Under the pieces are notes generated by a model. That model searched no databases. It was given only the letters and a program-made list of their open reading frames with translations, and was not told the DNA's origin. From NCBI RefSeq assembly GCF_963921235.1, contig NC_086097.1, positions 250,544,001 through 250,608,000 on the forward strand: a DNA stretch of 64,000 bases. The letters are read 5' to 3'. Of the stretch, positions 23,001 through 35,039 are shown piece after piece. Numbering within the stretch: position 1 is the stretch's first letter; each line of letters starts with the position of its first letter. The DNA is from Mobula hypostoma. Its lineage: Eukaryota. The translations under genes were made by a program, and so were the position numbers.

Positions 23001-23529
23001 CTTTGACTTTAAAACATCATCTCTGTTTCTCTGCAGATGCTGTCCGGCCGGCTGAGTATTTCCAGTGCTGTTGTACCACGTACTGATTCTGATTTACATA
23101 TACAGAAGGTTTGTACTTCAGATTTATTATACTTGCTTGCGTTTCTCACGAAGATCCTTCATCAGGTTAATACGATTCTGAGTCGAGAGTGTAAAGCAAA
23201 ACGTTTAAGCTGAAAGAACCAAATTGTTTTGCAGGAAGGCCAGTAGGAGGCGTTCACTGCCCAGATATGTGCCAGCTGGATTTCTCTGTTTAAGCCAATT
23301 GCAGATTAAATGTTAGCTTTATTTGCCACAGGTACATGGAGACATTGAAACATATAGTGAAAAGAGTTGCTCTGCATCAAAAATTGCCATAGTCCGAGCA
23401 TGTGTCGAGAGCAGCCTGCAAGTGTCATCACATCTCCAGCGCCAATGTAGCATGCCACAACCATCTAGTCTTAACCATACTTCTTCAGAATGTGGAAGAA
23501 ACTGGAGCATTCAGAGGAAATTCCTTCCC

Positions 23530-24176
23530 TCCCTGAATGTGGCTACACGGATTGATAAGGTGGTTAAGGAGGCATATGGCATGCTGGTCTTTATTAGTCA
23601 AGGCTTTGAGTTCAAAAGTCAGGAAGTTATGTTGCAGCTTTGTAAAACTCTAGTTAGGCTGCATCGGGAGCATTGCCTACAGTTCTGGTCTCGCCGTTAG
23701 AGGAAGGATGTCAAGGCTTTGCAGAGGGTGCAGAAGCTGCTGCCTGCATTAGAGGACATGTGTTTCACGTGAGGCTGAACAAACTTTGGTCGTTTTCTCT
23801 GGAGCAGCGGAGGCTGAGACGAGATTTGTTAGAGATTTATAAGACTGTGAGAGGCATAAATGCAGACAATATCTTTTTACCAGGATTGAAATGTCTAAAA
23901 CCAGACGGCATGCGTTTAAGGTGAGAGGGGGTAACTTCAAAGGAGATGTGAGAGATAAGTTTTTTTTAACACAGAGGGAGGCAGGTACCTGAATGCACAG
24001 CCTGGGGCAATGGTAAGGACAGATACAAAAGGGATTTTTAAGAGACTCTTAGATAGGCACATGAATGTGAGGAAAATGGAAGGATATGGACATTGCATAG
24101 GCAGAAGAGATTAGCTTAGTTGGGTGTTTGATAACTGTTGGGCCTCTTCCAGTGCTGTATTGTTCTATCTTCTATG
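23530..24176 (+). mobile_element. Degenerate CR1 3' fragment
   Basis: KEAYGMLVFISQGFEFKSQEVMLQLCKTLVR; CTATCTTCTATG tail. Confidence 0.85.
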
Positions 24177-24290
24177 AAACCCATGCACTCACAGGGAAAT
24201 AATACAAATTCCTTACAGACAGCAGCGGGAATTGTAGCCAATCTCTGACGCTATCATAACATTATGCTAGCCACTACACTATTGTGCCGC

Positions 24291-24480
24291 ACAAAACGAG
24301 TCACTGGAGCACCGTGCTTTCAACCCAATGTGACACTTTGCCAAAATATGATAAGCCACTTCATTCTCAATATCTACAACCATCAACAAAACGAGTCACT
24401 GGAGCACCGTGCTTTCAACCCAGATGTGAAGCTTTGCCAAAATATGATAAGCTACTTGATTCTAAATATCTACAACCATT
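24291..24480. repeat. Two-unit tandem duplication, period ~95 bp
   Basis: ACAAAACGAGTCACTGGAGCACCGTGCTTTCAACCCA...ATATCTACAACCAT at 24291 and 24386, with several substitutions. Confidence 0.9.
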
Positions 24481-24502
24481 TTCAAGCCAGAAGACACTTG
24501 GA

Positions 24503-25970
24503 GTATTGTGCCAAGATGAGGCCACTCTTAGGGGAAGGAGCAACAGCTTAGATTCCATCTGGGTAGCCTCCAACCTGATGGCATGAATATCAATTCTTCC
24601 TTCTAGTAAAATAATTTTCCATCACCCTTCTTTCTTCTTCGATTCCTTCCGCTGGCATCTTACCTCTTCTTCTCACATGCCAATCACCACTTTCTGGTGA
24701 CCCTCCTCCTCCCCATTTTCCTATGGTCCACTCTCCTCGCCTATCAGATTCCTTCATCTCCAGCTCTTTATCTTTCCCACCCACCTAGCTTCACCTATCA
24801 CCTTCCAGCTACCCTGCTTCCCCCTCACCCCATCTTTTTATTCTGGCATCTTCCCCCCTCCTTTCCAGTCCTGAAGAAGGGTCTTGGCCCAGAACGTTAA
24901 CATGAGGAATTCTGCAGATGCTGGAAATTCAAGCAACACACATCAAAGTTGCTGGTGAACACAGCAGGCCAGGCAGCATCTCTAGGAAGAGGTACAGTCG
25001 ACGTCAGGACTAACTGAAGGAAGAGCTAGTAAGAGATTTGAAAGTGGGAGGGGCAGGGGGAGATCTAAAATGATAGGAGAAGACAGGAGGGGGAGGGATG
25101 GAGCCAAATGTGTGGCCACTGGGAGATCCTGCTTTCTTTGGCGGACAGAGCCCTTACCACCATTCAGGGCCCCAGACAGTCCTTCCAGGTGAGGTGACAC
25201 TTCACCTGTGAGTCGGCTGGGGTGACATACGTGGCCTTCTATATATTGGCGAGACCCGACGCAGACTGGGAGATCATTTTGCTGAACACCTACGCTCTGT
25301 CTGCCAGAGAAAGCAGGATCTCCCAGTGGCCACACATTTTAATTCCACGTCCCATTCCCATTCTGATATGTCTATCCACGGCCTCCTCTACTGTAAAGAT
25401 GAAGCCACACTCAGGTTGGAGGAACAACACCTTGTATTCCGTCTGGGTAGCCTCCAACCTGATGGCATGAACATTGACTTCTCTAACTTCCGCTAATGCC
25501 CCACCTCCCCCTCGTACCCCATCTGTTTTTATTTATATACACACATTCTTTCTCTCTCTCTCCTTTTTCTCCCTCTGTCCCTCTGACTATACCTTATGCC
25601 CATTCTCTGGGTTCCCCCCCCCCTTTTCCTTCTCCCTGGGCCTCCTGTCCCATGATCCTCTCATATCCCTTTTGCCAATCACCTGTCCAGCTCTTGGCTC
25701 CATCCCCCCCCCCCCCGTCTTCTCCTATCATTTTGGATCTCCCCCTCCCCCTCCCACTTTCAAATCTCTTACTAGCTCTTCCTTCAGTTAGTCCTGACAA
25801 AGGGTCTCAGCCCAAAACGTCGACTGTACCTCTTCCTAGAGATGCTGCCTGGCCTGCTGCGTTCACCAGCAATATTGATGTGTGTGGCCTAAAACATTGA
25901 CTGTTTATTCATTTCCGTAGATGCTGCCTGACCTGCTGAGTTCCTCGGGCATTTTGTATGTGTTGCTTGA
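24503..25970 (+). mobile_element. Young Penelope fragment with 5' inversion (24901-25885) nested in an older Penelope 3' end
   Basis: Older element at 24503-24900 resumes at ~25886. The insert has an inverted terminal repeat (24905-25105), a short inverted EN piece, then a forward GIY-YIG remnant and terminal repeat (25151-25885). Confidence 0.85.
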
Positions 25971-26455
25971 AATATGGTGTTTAGTTCTGATTGCCTTATT
26001 ATAGGAAGGATATGGAAGCTTTAGAGAGGGTGCAGAGGAGATTTACCAGGATGCTGCCTGCATTAGACGGCATGTCTTGTGAGAATAGGTTGAGTGAGCT
26101 AGGGCGTTTCTCTTTGGAGTGAAGGAGGTTGGGAGGTGGCTTGATCGAGCAGTAAAAATAAATGAGGCGCAGATCAAACAAACAGCAAGAGACTTTATCC
26201 CAGGGCTGAAGTGGCTAAAATGAGGGGTCGTAATTTTGAAGTGATTTGGAAAAAAACTTAGAGGCAATATCAGGGGTAAATTCTTTACACTGAGAGTTAT
26301 GTGTGTATACGATGATCTGCCAGGGGTGGTGGTAGAGGCAGATGCACTTGGCACATTTAAGAGACTCTCAGATAGTCCAATGGGTGGTAGAAAAATGGAG
26401 GAGTGTAAGGTTAGTTTGACCTTAGAGTAGGTTAAAAGTTCGGCACAATATCGAG
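25971..26455 (+). mobile_element. Degenerate CR1 3' fragment
   Basis: AGGAAGGATATGGAAGCTTTAGAGAGGGTGCAGAGGAGATTTACCAGGATGCTG and downstream homology to other CR1 copies. Confidence 0.85.
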
Positions 26456-27462
26456 GCACAAAACATGTTGCTTCACAGCTGTTTTATTAAGCGTTGACAG
26501 AACAAAGAAAAATTGAAACACATGGTGATAAGTGAAGGGAAATACAAAAAGCTAAAATTGAGATTAAGATGATAAAATCTAAGATGGTGCCCAGCATAGA
26601 GCAGCTATTTTTATATCCTCCGTTAAGGAAAATTCCATTCAAATTTGTAGATAAGAGACAGCTCTCATTCAAATGATGCAGTATTGAGAGAAGCTTCCAG
26701 AATCATACCTTGTATGACGACTATATACCACATGGAACCATTCTAGGCAGTTACTTGTATGTAAGCAATTACATTAAAATACAAGCAGATAATTAATTAT
26801 TAAATTGCAAAGAAAATATCAATTAAACAGTTTAAACAGTTGGATTCAACAGAGGTAATTGAGCCCCAGTTGGTGAGTACCAGCTGTGCAGTGATTGCAC
26901 GACCCACTACATTACCGGGCCATCCTAGGTGGAAAAACTCGGCTTCTTGGGTCTCTCGAAATTCAATTTTACATTTTAAAATTATTATGATATTCATGAT
27001 TGCAGTTAACTTGGACTAAAGTGATATCTTTAGTGGCAAGTGCATTAAAATGCTGGGGATGACAGCAAGATATCTATGCCATGGAGATATCCCACAAGAA
27101 TGTTACTAAAACAGCAGAAAGTATCTTGAAGTGCCAAACTTATCACTTTTATCTTCTAAATTTTCAAGTTTTGATCTATAATTTTAATTTATTTTGGCTA
27201 ACTTTTGAGTAATAATATATCTTTAATGGGTTTCCTCTGGGTACCACCACATTGCAAAAACTTACGGTTAGGGTTATTGTGTTTGACATATTGGCACCAA
27301 AAGCTTAGCAATCTTCCATATCATCCTCTGCTTCATAGAACATAGAACACTACAGACCCTTCTGCCCACAATGTTGTGCTGACACTTAACCTACTCTGAG
27401 ATCAATCTAACCCTCCCCTCCATTTTTCTATCATCCACGTGCCTACTTAAGAGTCTCTTAAA

Positions 27463-30400
27463 TAGGTTTGTTCGGGCTATTGGGGAGGGTTTAAACTAGA
27501 TTTGCAGGGGGATGGGAACCAGAGTGCCAGAGCTGATAGTGGAGTGGGGGTGAAAATAAATGATGTTAAAGGTTAATGCAAAGCTACAAATAGAAGGGTT
27601 GTGTGTAGTGGTAATAATCTTCAGAGGTGTCCCTATTTCAATGCAAGGAGTATTGTGCGGAAGGCTGACGAGCTGAGGGCGTGGATTGACACATGGAATT
27701 ACGACATTATAGCCATTAGTGAAACTTGGCTACAGGAGGGGCAGGACTGGCAGCTTAATGTTCCAGGGTTCCGATGTTTCAGACGTAATAGAGGCAGAGG
27801 GATGAAGGGTGTTTTGCTGGCATTGCTAGTCAGGGAAAATGTTACAGCAGTGCTCAGGCAGGACAGATTAGAGGGCTTGTCTACTGAGTCCTTATGGGTG
27901 GAGCTGAGAAACAGGAAAGGTATGGCCACATTAGTGGGGTTATATTAAAGACCACCCAATAGTCAGCAAGAATTGGAAGAGCAAATCTGCAGAAGGTAGC
28001 AGACAACTGCAGGAAACATAAAGTTGTGATAGTAGGGGATTTTAATTTTCCATATATTGATTGGGACTCCCATACTGTTAAAGGCAGGTTAGCATTTGTA
28101 AAATGTGTTCAGGAAAGTTTTCTAAATCAATATATAGAGGAACCAACTAGAGAGGATGCAATATTAGATCTCCTATGAGGAAACGAATTAGGACAGGTGA
28201 CGGAAGTGTGTGTAGGGGAACACTTTGGTTCCAGTGATCATAACACCATTAGTTTCAACTTGATCTGGATAAAGATAGATCTGGTCCTTGGGTTGAGGTT
28301 CTAAACTGGAAAAAGGCCAAATTTGAAGGAATGAGAAAGGATCTAAAAAGCATGGATTGGGACAGGTTGTCCTCTGGCAAGGATGTGATTGGTAAGTGGG
28401 AGACCTACAAAGGAGAAATTTTAAGAGTGCAGAGTTTGTATGTTCCTATCAGGATTAAAGGCAAAGTGAATAAGAATAAGGAACCTTGGTTCTCAAGGGA
28501 TATTGGAACTCTGATAAAGAAGAAGAGAGAGATGTATGACATGTATAGGAATCAGGAAGCAAATAAGGTGCTTGAGGAGTATAAAAAGTGCAAAAAAAAC
28601 TTAAGAAAGAAATCAGGAGGGCTAAAAGATGACATGAGGTTGCTTTGGCAGTCAAGGTGAAGGATAATCCAAAGAGCTTCTGCAGATATATTAAGAGCAA
28701 AAGGATAGTAAGGGATAAAATTGGTCCTCCTGAAGATCAGAGTGGTCAGCTATGTGCGGAACCAAAAGAAATGGGGGAGATTTTAAATGGGTTTTTTGCA
28801 TCTGTATTTACTAAGAAAACTGGCATGGAGTCTATGGAAATAAGGCAAACAAGTAGTGAGGTCATGGAACCTATACAGATTGAAGAGGAGGAGGTGCTTG
28901 CTATCTTGAGGCAAACCAGAGTAGATAAATCCCCAGGACCTGACAGGGTGTTCCCTCGGACCTTGAAGGAGACTAGTGTTGAAATTGCAGGGGCCCTGGC
29001 AGATATATTTAAAATGTCAGTATCTACGGGTGAGGTGCTGGAGGATTGGAGGATAGCTCATGTTTTTCCGTTGTTTAAAAGGTTCTAAAAGTAATCCGGG
29101 AAATTATAGGCTGGTAAATTTGATGTTGGTAGTAGGTAAATTATTGGAAGGCATACTAAGAGATAAGATCTACAAGTATTTGGATAGACAGGGACTTATT
29201 AGGGAGAGTCAACATGGCTTTGTGTGTGGTAGGTCATGTTTGACCAATCTATTGGAGTTTTTCGAGGAGGTTACCAGGAAAGTGGATGAAGGGAAGGCAG
29301 TGGATATTGTCTACATGGATTTCAGTAAGGCCTTTGACAAGGTCCCGCATGGGAGGTTAGTTAGGAAGATTCAGTCGCTAGGTACACATGGAGAGGTGGT
29401 AAATTGGATTGGACATTGGCTCAATGGAAGAAGCCAGAGAGTGGTAGTGGAGGATTGCTTCTCTGAGTGGAGGCCTGTGACTAGTGGTGTGCCACAGGGA
29501 TCAGCGCTGGGTCCATAATTATTTGACATCTATATCAATGATCTGGATGATAATGTGGTAAGTTGGATCAGCAGATTTGCTGATGATACAAAGATTGGAG
29601 GTGTAGTGGACAGTGAGGAAGGGTTTCAAAGCTTGCAGGAGGATTTGGACCAGCTGGAAAAATGGGCTGAAAAATGGCAGATGGAGTTTAATACAGACAA
29701 GTGTGAGGTATTGCACGTTGGAAGGACAAACCAAGGTAGAACATACAGGGTTAATGGTAGGGCACTGAGGAATGCAGTAGAACAGAGGGATCTGGGAGTA
29801 CAGATACAAAATTCCCTGAAAGTGGCGTCACAGGTAGATAGAGTCATAAAGAGAGCTTTTGGTACATTGGCCTTTATAAATCAAAGTATTGAGTGTGAGA
29901 GTAGGAATGTTGTGGTGAGGTTGTATAAGGCATTGGTGAGGCCGAATCTGGAGTATTGTGTTCAGTTTTGGTCACCAAATTACAGGAAGGATATTAATAA
30001 GGTTGAAAGAGTGCAGAGAAGGTTTACAAGGATGTTGCCGGGACTTGAGAAACTCAGTTTGCAGAGAAAGGTTGAATAGGTTAGGACTTTATTCCCTGGA
30101 GCGTAGAAGAATGAGGGGAGATTTGATAGAGGTATATAAAATTATGATGGGTATAGATAGAGTAAATGCAAGCAGGCTTTTTCCACTGAGGCAAGGGGGG
30201 TGGGGGGGGGGAAACCAGAGGACATGGGTTAAGGGTGAAGGGGGAAAAGTTTAAAGGGAACATTGTGGGGGGGCTTCTTCACACAGAGAGTGGTGGGAGT
30301 ATGGATTGAGCTGCCAGATGAAGTGGTAACTGCGGGCTCACTTTTAACATTTAAGAAAAACTTGGACAAGTACATGGCTGAGAGGTGTATGGAGGGATAT

Positions 30401-30500
30401 GGTCCAGGTGCAGGTCAGTGGGACTAGGCAGTAAAATGGTCTGGCACAGCCAAGAAGGGCCAAAAGGCCTGTCTCTGTGCTGTAATGTTCTATGTTCTAT
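27463..30500 (+). mobile_element. CR1 LINE with nearly complete but frameshifted ORF2 (APE endonuclease plus RT)
   Basis: YFNARSIVRKADEL..DIIAISETWL (APE) at 27601; later fragments KSPGPD, QHGF, MDFSKAFD, RFADD; GTTCTAT tail. Confidence 0.95.
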
Positions 30501-30511
30501 GGTCCCTAGTA

Positions 30512-31025
30512 CAGTACTGTGCAAAAGTCTTAGGCACGTACAGTGTATATAGCCAAGGGCGCCAGAGACCTTTACACAGTACTGTATTTGTCAACGTGAT
30601 GTGGAGAGTGAGTTTGTAAATCTGGCAAGATGTTGGGAATGGCGAGGGTCTGGTGTGGGACAGGTGGCAGAGAAGAAGTTCCAAGGTGGTGCAGGTGCTG
30701 GGACACCAGGAAAGGTCATTTGATTCCAAACAATTGGTTTATTGATCGTTACAGAATGTCTGTCTGGTGCTCCCTGCTCCCTCCCCTCTCCCTTCCCCTT
30801 TTCCCAACCATGATTCCTCTCTCCCTGCCCCCTTCCCACTCTCAGTCCACCATAGAGACCCATATCAGAATCAGGTTTATCGTCACTCACATCTGTCGTG
30901 AAATTTTGTTTTTTTTTGTGGCAGCAGTACAGGGCAATACATAAAATTACTACAGTACTGTGTAAACCTCTCAGGCACCCTAGCTATATATATATATACA
31001 CGCCTAAGACTTCTGCACAGTACTG
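30512..31025. mobile_element. Tc1/mariner-like MITE with 73-bp self-palindromic terminal repeats
   Basis: 30512-30584 and 30953-31025 are inverted copies. Each begins and ends with CAGTACTG and has Tc1-like CAGTACTGTGCAAAAGT ends. TA flanks three of the four unit ends. Confidence 0.75.
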
Positions 31026-31225
31026 TTCATCTGCAGCTACTACCACTCCCAGCAGTGCAAACTCACGCTCACCACTCTGCGTAAAAAAAACCTACCTTTG
31101 GCATCTCCCTGTATCTTAATTAAACCCTCTTGAGTTAGTCATTGCCATCCTAGGCAAAATTCTGTGGCTGTCCACTTGATCTATGCCTCTTATCACCTTA
31201 TCCACCTCTGTCAAGTCACCTCTTA

Positions 31226-31690
31226 GATAGATAGATAGATATACCTTATTGATCCCGAGGGAAATCGGGTTTTGTTACAGCCGCACCAACCGAGAATATA
31301 GCATAAATATAGCAATACAAAAACCACAAGCAATCAAACAACAAAATGCAAACTATGCCAGATGGAAATAAGTCCAGGACCAGCCTATTGGCTCAGGGTG
31401 TCTGACCCTCCACGGGAGGAGCTGCAAAGTTCAATGGCCACAGGCAGGAACAACCTCCCATGACGCCCAGTGTTATATCTCGGTGGAATATGGCCGGGGT
31501 CCAACAGCAAAAAGTTCAATATCTGGTCCACAAACACATTCCTCGATTGTAATATGACCCAGATTGCACCATCCGTTGTTAACCAGAACAGTAAGCCCCC
31601 AACTCCTTTACGCTTACCGCTCTCAGTGCACTTCCGGTCAGCCCGAACGGTCTGGAAGCCGTCCATGGAAAAGATTTGATCGAGTATGAT
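31226..31690 (-). mobile_element. Internally deleted Rex1/Babar LINE
   Basis: APE remnant DGFQTVRADRKCTESGKRKG fused to the C-terminus PPRYNTGRH..FLPVAIEL; GGGATCAATAAGG end and (TCTA)n tail. Confidence 0.75.
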
Positions 31691-31930
31691 CAATACAATG
31701 CCAGCAACCCTGATTCAGTTGGGCCACTGTCTGAAAGGAGTTTGTCAGTTCTCACCATGATCGAGTGAGTTTCCTCCCACATTCCAAAGATGTGGAGACT
31801 AGCAAATCGTGGATATGCTGTGTTGGAGCTGGAAGCATGGCGACACCTGTGGCCAGCTCCCAGCATGTACTTGGACTGTGTTGGTCGTTGATGCAACAAT
31901 ACATTTCACTGTTCTTTTTTAACGTTTCAA

Positions 31931-33612
31931 TTGTCGTCGTGGCTATCCCTCGAGGTTGAGGCTGATGGTCTTTGTTCTGTTGATCTACTTATGGGCTCTC
32001 AAGTAGCTTACTTGGCTTTGAAAGTTCTTCCTCATTCAGGACAGGAAGTTCCAGATGGCAGATCGGGCTTTGGTTGTTGCTGCCTCTCTTTCCATTTTCT
32101 TCTCTTTTCTTCTAATTCTGCACATCTGTTGGCTTTGAAAGTTGCTGTTCCTTCACAGATGATGGCTTGTCAGAGTTTCCTGTCCTTGGCATTGGTTTCC
32201 CAATTGTTGATGTCGATGTTACATGTCTTCATGTTGGCTTTTAAGACGTCTTTGAATCTCTTCTGTTGTCCGCCTCTTTTACGTTTGCCTTTTTTAAGCT
32301 GGAAGTAGAAGATTTGTTTCGGCAGACGTTCGTCTTTCATCCGAACAACATGACCACTCCATCTTAGTTGGTTCTTGATGATGTAGGCTTCAATACTTGT
32401 TGTTTTTGCTTCATTTAGCACACTGACGTTGGTTCTTCTATCTTCCCAGCTGATATTTAAGGTGTTTCGAACACAGCGTTGATGGAACTTTTCAAGTACC
32501 TTCAGATGTCGTCGGTATGTTGTTCAGGTTTCTGATGTGTACAGGAGCGTTGGGATCACCACTGCTTTGTACAGTAACATTCTAGTGTCTGTTCGGATGT
32601 CACGATCATGAAAGACTCTTGTTCGGAGACGTCCAAAAGCTGTTCCAGCGCATTTAAGACGATGTTGGATCTCGTCATTAAGGTCGACATTGGAGGAGAG
32701 GTGACTTCCAAGATATGGAAAGTGGTTCATGTTTTCCAGGGTTGTTTCGCCAAGTTGAATTGATGGTTCTATCTGATTTGTCTCAATTGGTGACAGTTAA
32801 TAGATGATCTGAGTCTTCTTAGAATTGATGGTAAGTCCAAGTTTCGAGTATGCACGGTTGAAGGCATCAGAATCTGTTGTAGGTGGTTTTCTGAAAGAGC
32901 TGCAACACTGTTGTCATCTGCGTATTGGAACTCGTTGAGGGAACTCGTGGATGTCTTTGTTTTGGACTTGAGACTGGTAAGATTGAAAAGTCTGCCATCT
33001 GTTCTGTAGACAATTTCAATTCCTGGGGTAGATCGTCCTTGATAATGTGGATGATTGTCACAATGAAGATGGTGAACAAAGTTGGGGCAATCACGCATCC
33101 CTGTTTTACTCCTGATCTAACTTGAAAAGACTCACAGTTACTGTTGCTGACCATGACTGTGGCAAGCATGCCATCATGGAGGAGTCTTAGGATTCAAATG
33201 TACTTTTCAGGGCATCCATAGGTGGTAGGACACCCCACAGGAGTTCCCTTGATACGGAGTCAAAGGCTTTGGTGAGGTCGATGAATGCCATGTACAAAGG
33301 TTGAAGTTGTTCACGACGTTTTTCTTGTAGTTGTCGCATTGTGAAGATCATGTCGATTGCTCCACGTGATGGTCTAGAACCGGCTTGTGCCTCCGGAAGG
33401 ATCTTCTCAGCTAAAGGCTTGAGCCAATTGTTCATGATGCAGGTGAGGATCTTTCCTGCTGTTGCCAACAGGGAAATTCCACGATAGTTTCTGCATTCGG
33501 ATTGATCGCCTTTCCTTTTGTAGATGGTAACGATTGCTGAGTCTCTAAAGTCTGCTGGTACACCTTCATTTATCCAGATTTTGATGAGAAGTTGATGCAG
33601 TTGATAATGAAG
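31931..33612 (-). mobile_element. RTE-clade (BovB-like) LINE, 5'-truncated and frameshifted
   Basis: VPADFRDSAIVTIYKRKGD..NYRGISLLATAGKIL, AFIDLTKAFDSVSR, GVKQGCVIAPTLF, QYADD, QLRWSGHVVRMKDERLPKQI. Confidence 0.93.
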
Positions 33613-33770
33613 CAATATACATGTGACAAATAAAGATAATCTTTACCTTGATTTTTAATCTTTATCTCCTTCACTGTAAAGAGAAAATCCCTAGCTCGCA
33701 TTGCAAGTTCAAGTTTAATTATCATTCAACCATACATGAGCACAGCTGAACAAAACAGCATTGCTCCGCG

Positions 33771-34120
33771 CAATGCTCCCTCCAAGTTGTTTGCAAGTGT
33801 ATGCGCGCTCATCTTTTGCTACTAGTGCACAAAGGAATTTAAACTGTGCACAAAAGGTTGTCACCCTCTACCTCGTTGGCATGTTAGGTATATTTCACGA
33901 TTGTACACAATCCCATTTCCTTTTCTGGTTTCTGATGCAGATGGTGCTGACACCGTGGAGCTTGCGATGATTTGTCTGCAGATTTTGGAACTGGCTTATT
34001 TATACTGTTTTTATTGAAGAAATTATTCGGTGTGCCTGTGTTGTTGTCACCGGGCAAAAAAAAATTGCACAGCGCAAGATCTTTGCGCACACTGGTCATT
34101 ACAAATTAGAGGGAACGTTG
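33771..34120. mobile_element. 350-bp hAT-like MITE
   Basis: Termini CAATGCTCCCTCCAA / TTAGAGGGAACGTTG are imperfect inverted repeats; 8-bp flanks GCTCCGCG and CCTCTAGG match only partly. Confidence 0.55.
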
Positions 34121-34729
34121 CCTCTAGGGCCAAGGTGCAAAACACATTACCGACAGCACATAGCACACTGCACATAACACATTGCACCAATAGTACAATT
34201 TTCAGAAAAACACACAGACTAAAGAAATAAAAATAACCCAAGTCCCTGAGCGACATGTCTGTAGAATTGATGGCAAGTTGTCCTGGTCCACTCCAGTTTG
34301 TTATTCCACTGAGCGAACACCAGAGGGCAGCACCAATGGCTCATAACTCGTGTGGATAACACAGTGTCTCTCCCCCTCAGTGTCCACTCTCCTGGTCGGC
34401 TGCAATGGGGGGATCGCCACAGCCTCAGCCAATTCCTCACAACAACCGAGGTGCACAAACTAGAATGCACAAGCCAGGTGCATTGTACGTAGCAGAGTTC
34501 ATCAATGGATATTAAATCCCTGCTAGTTGACCTGGAACGTGATGTATTTATTCCCATGACATACACACGATCTCTTCCTCTGGGTACTCCCGTTCCCTCC
34601 CACATCCCAAATCCGTACGGGTCAGGGCATGCTACATTAGCACTGGCAGCACGGCGAACCAGGCGGGCTGCCCAGCGCAATCTTTTATATATTTATTTGT
34701 TTGTTTTTTATTTATTGATTAATTGATTT

Positions 34730-35015
34730 ATTTCAAGATAAAGCATGGAACAAGCCTTTCCAGCCAAATGAGCTGTGCCAAAAGCAACCCGCCCATTTCG
34801 CCCTAGCCTAATCACAGGACAATTTACAATGATCAATTAACCTACTAACTGATACGTCCTTGGAGTGTGGGAGGAAATCAGAGCACCCGGAGGAAACCCA
34901 CGCAGTCACATGGAGAGAGTACAAACTCGCGGACCGACAGCACTGGAATTGAACTTTGAACTCTGACACCCCACAGTGTAGTAGCCTCACATTATCCACT
35001 ACTCTAATGTGGTGC
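34730..35015 (-). mobile_element. V-domain tRNA-derived SINE (HE1-like)
   Basis: Reverse complement contains TGCGTGGGTTTCCTCCGGGTGCTCTGATTTCCTCCCACA, downstream of a B-box-like GTTCAATTCC. Confidence 0.8.
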
Positions 35016-35039
35016 CCAAATCCTCACTGCTAAGCGTCA

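Noticed and set aside
24291..24480. CRISPR-like repeat
   Set aside because: Only two contiguous 95-bp units, no spacers, and a eukaryotic context.
26460..27300. AT-rich unique island with splice-like sites (e.g. minus-strand donor near 26708)
   Set aside because: Several equally weak exon readings on both strands and no recognisable peptide.
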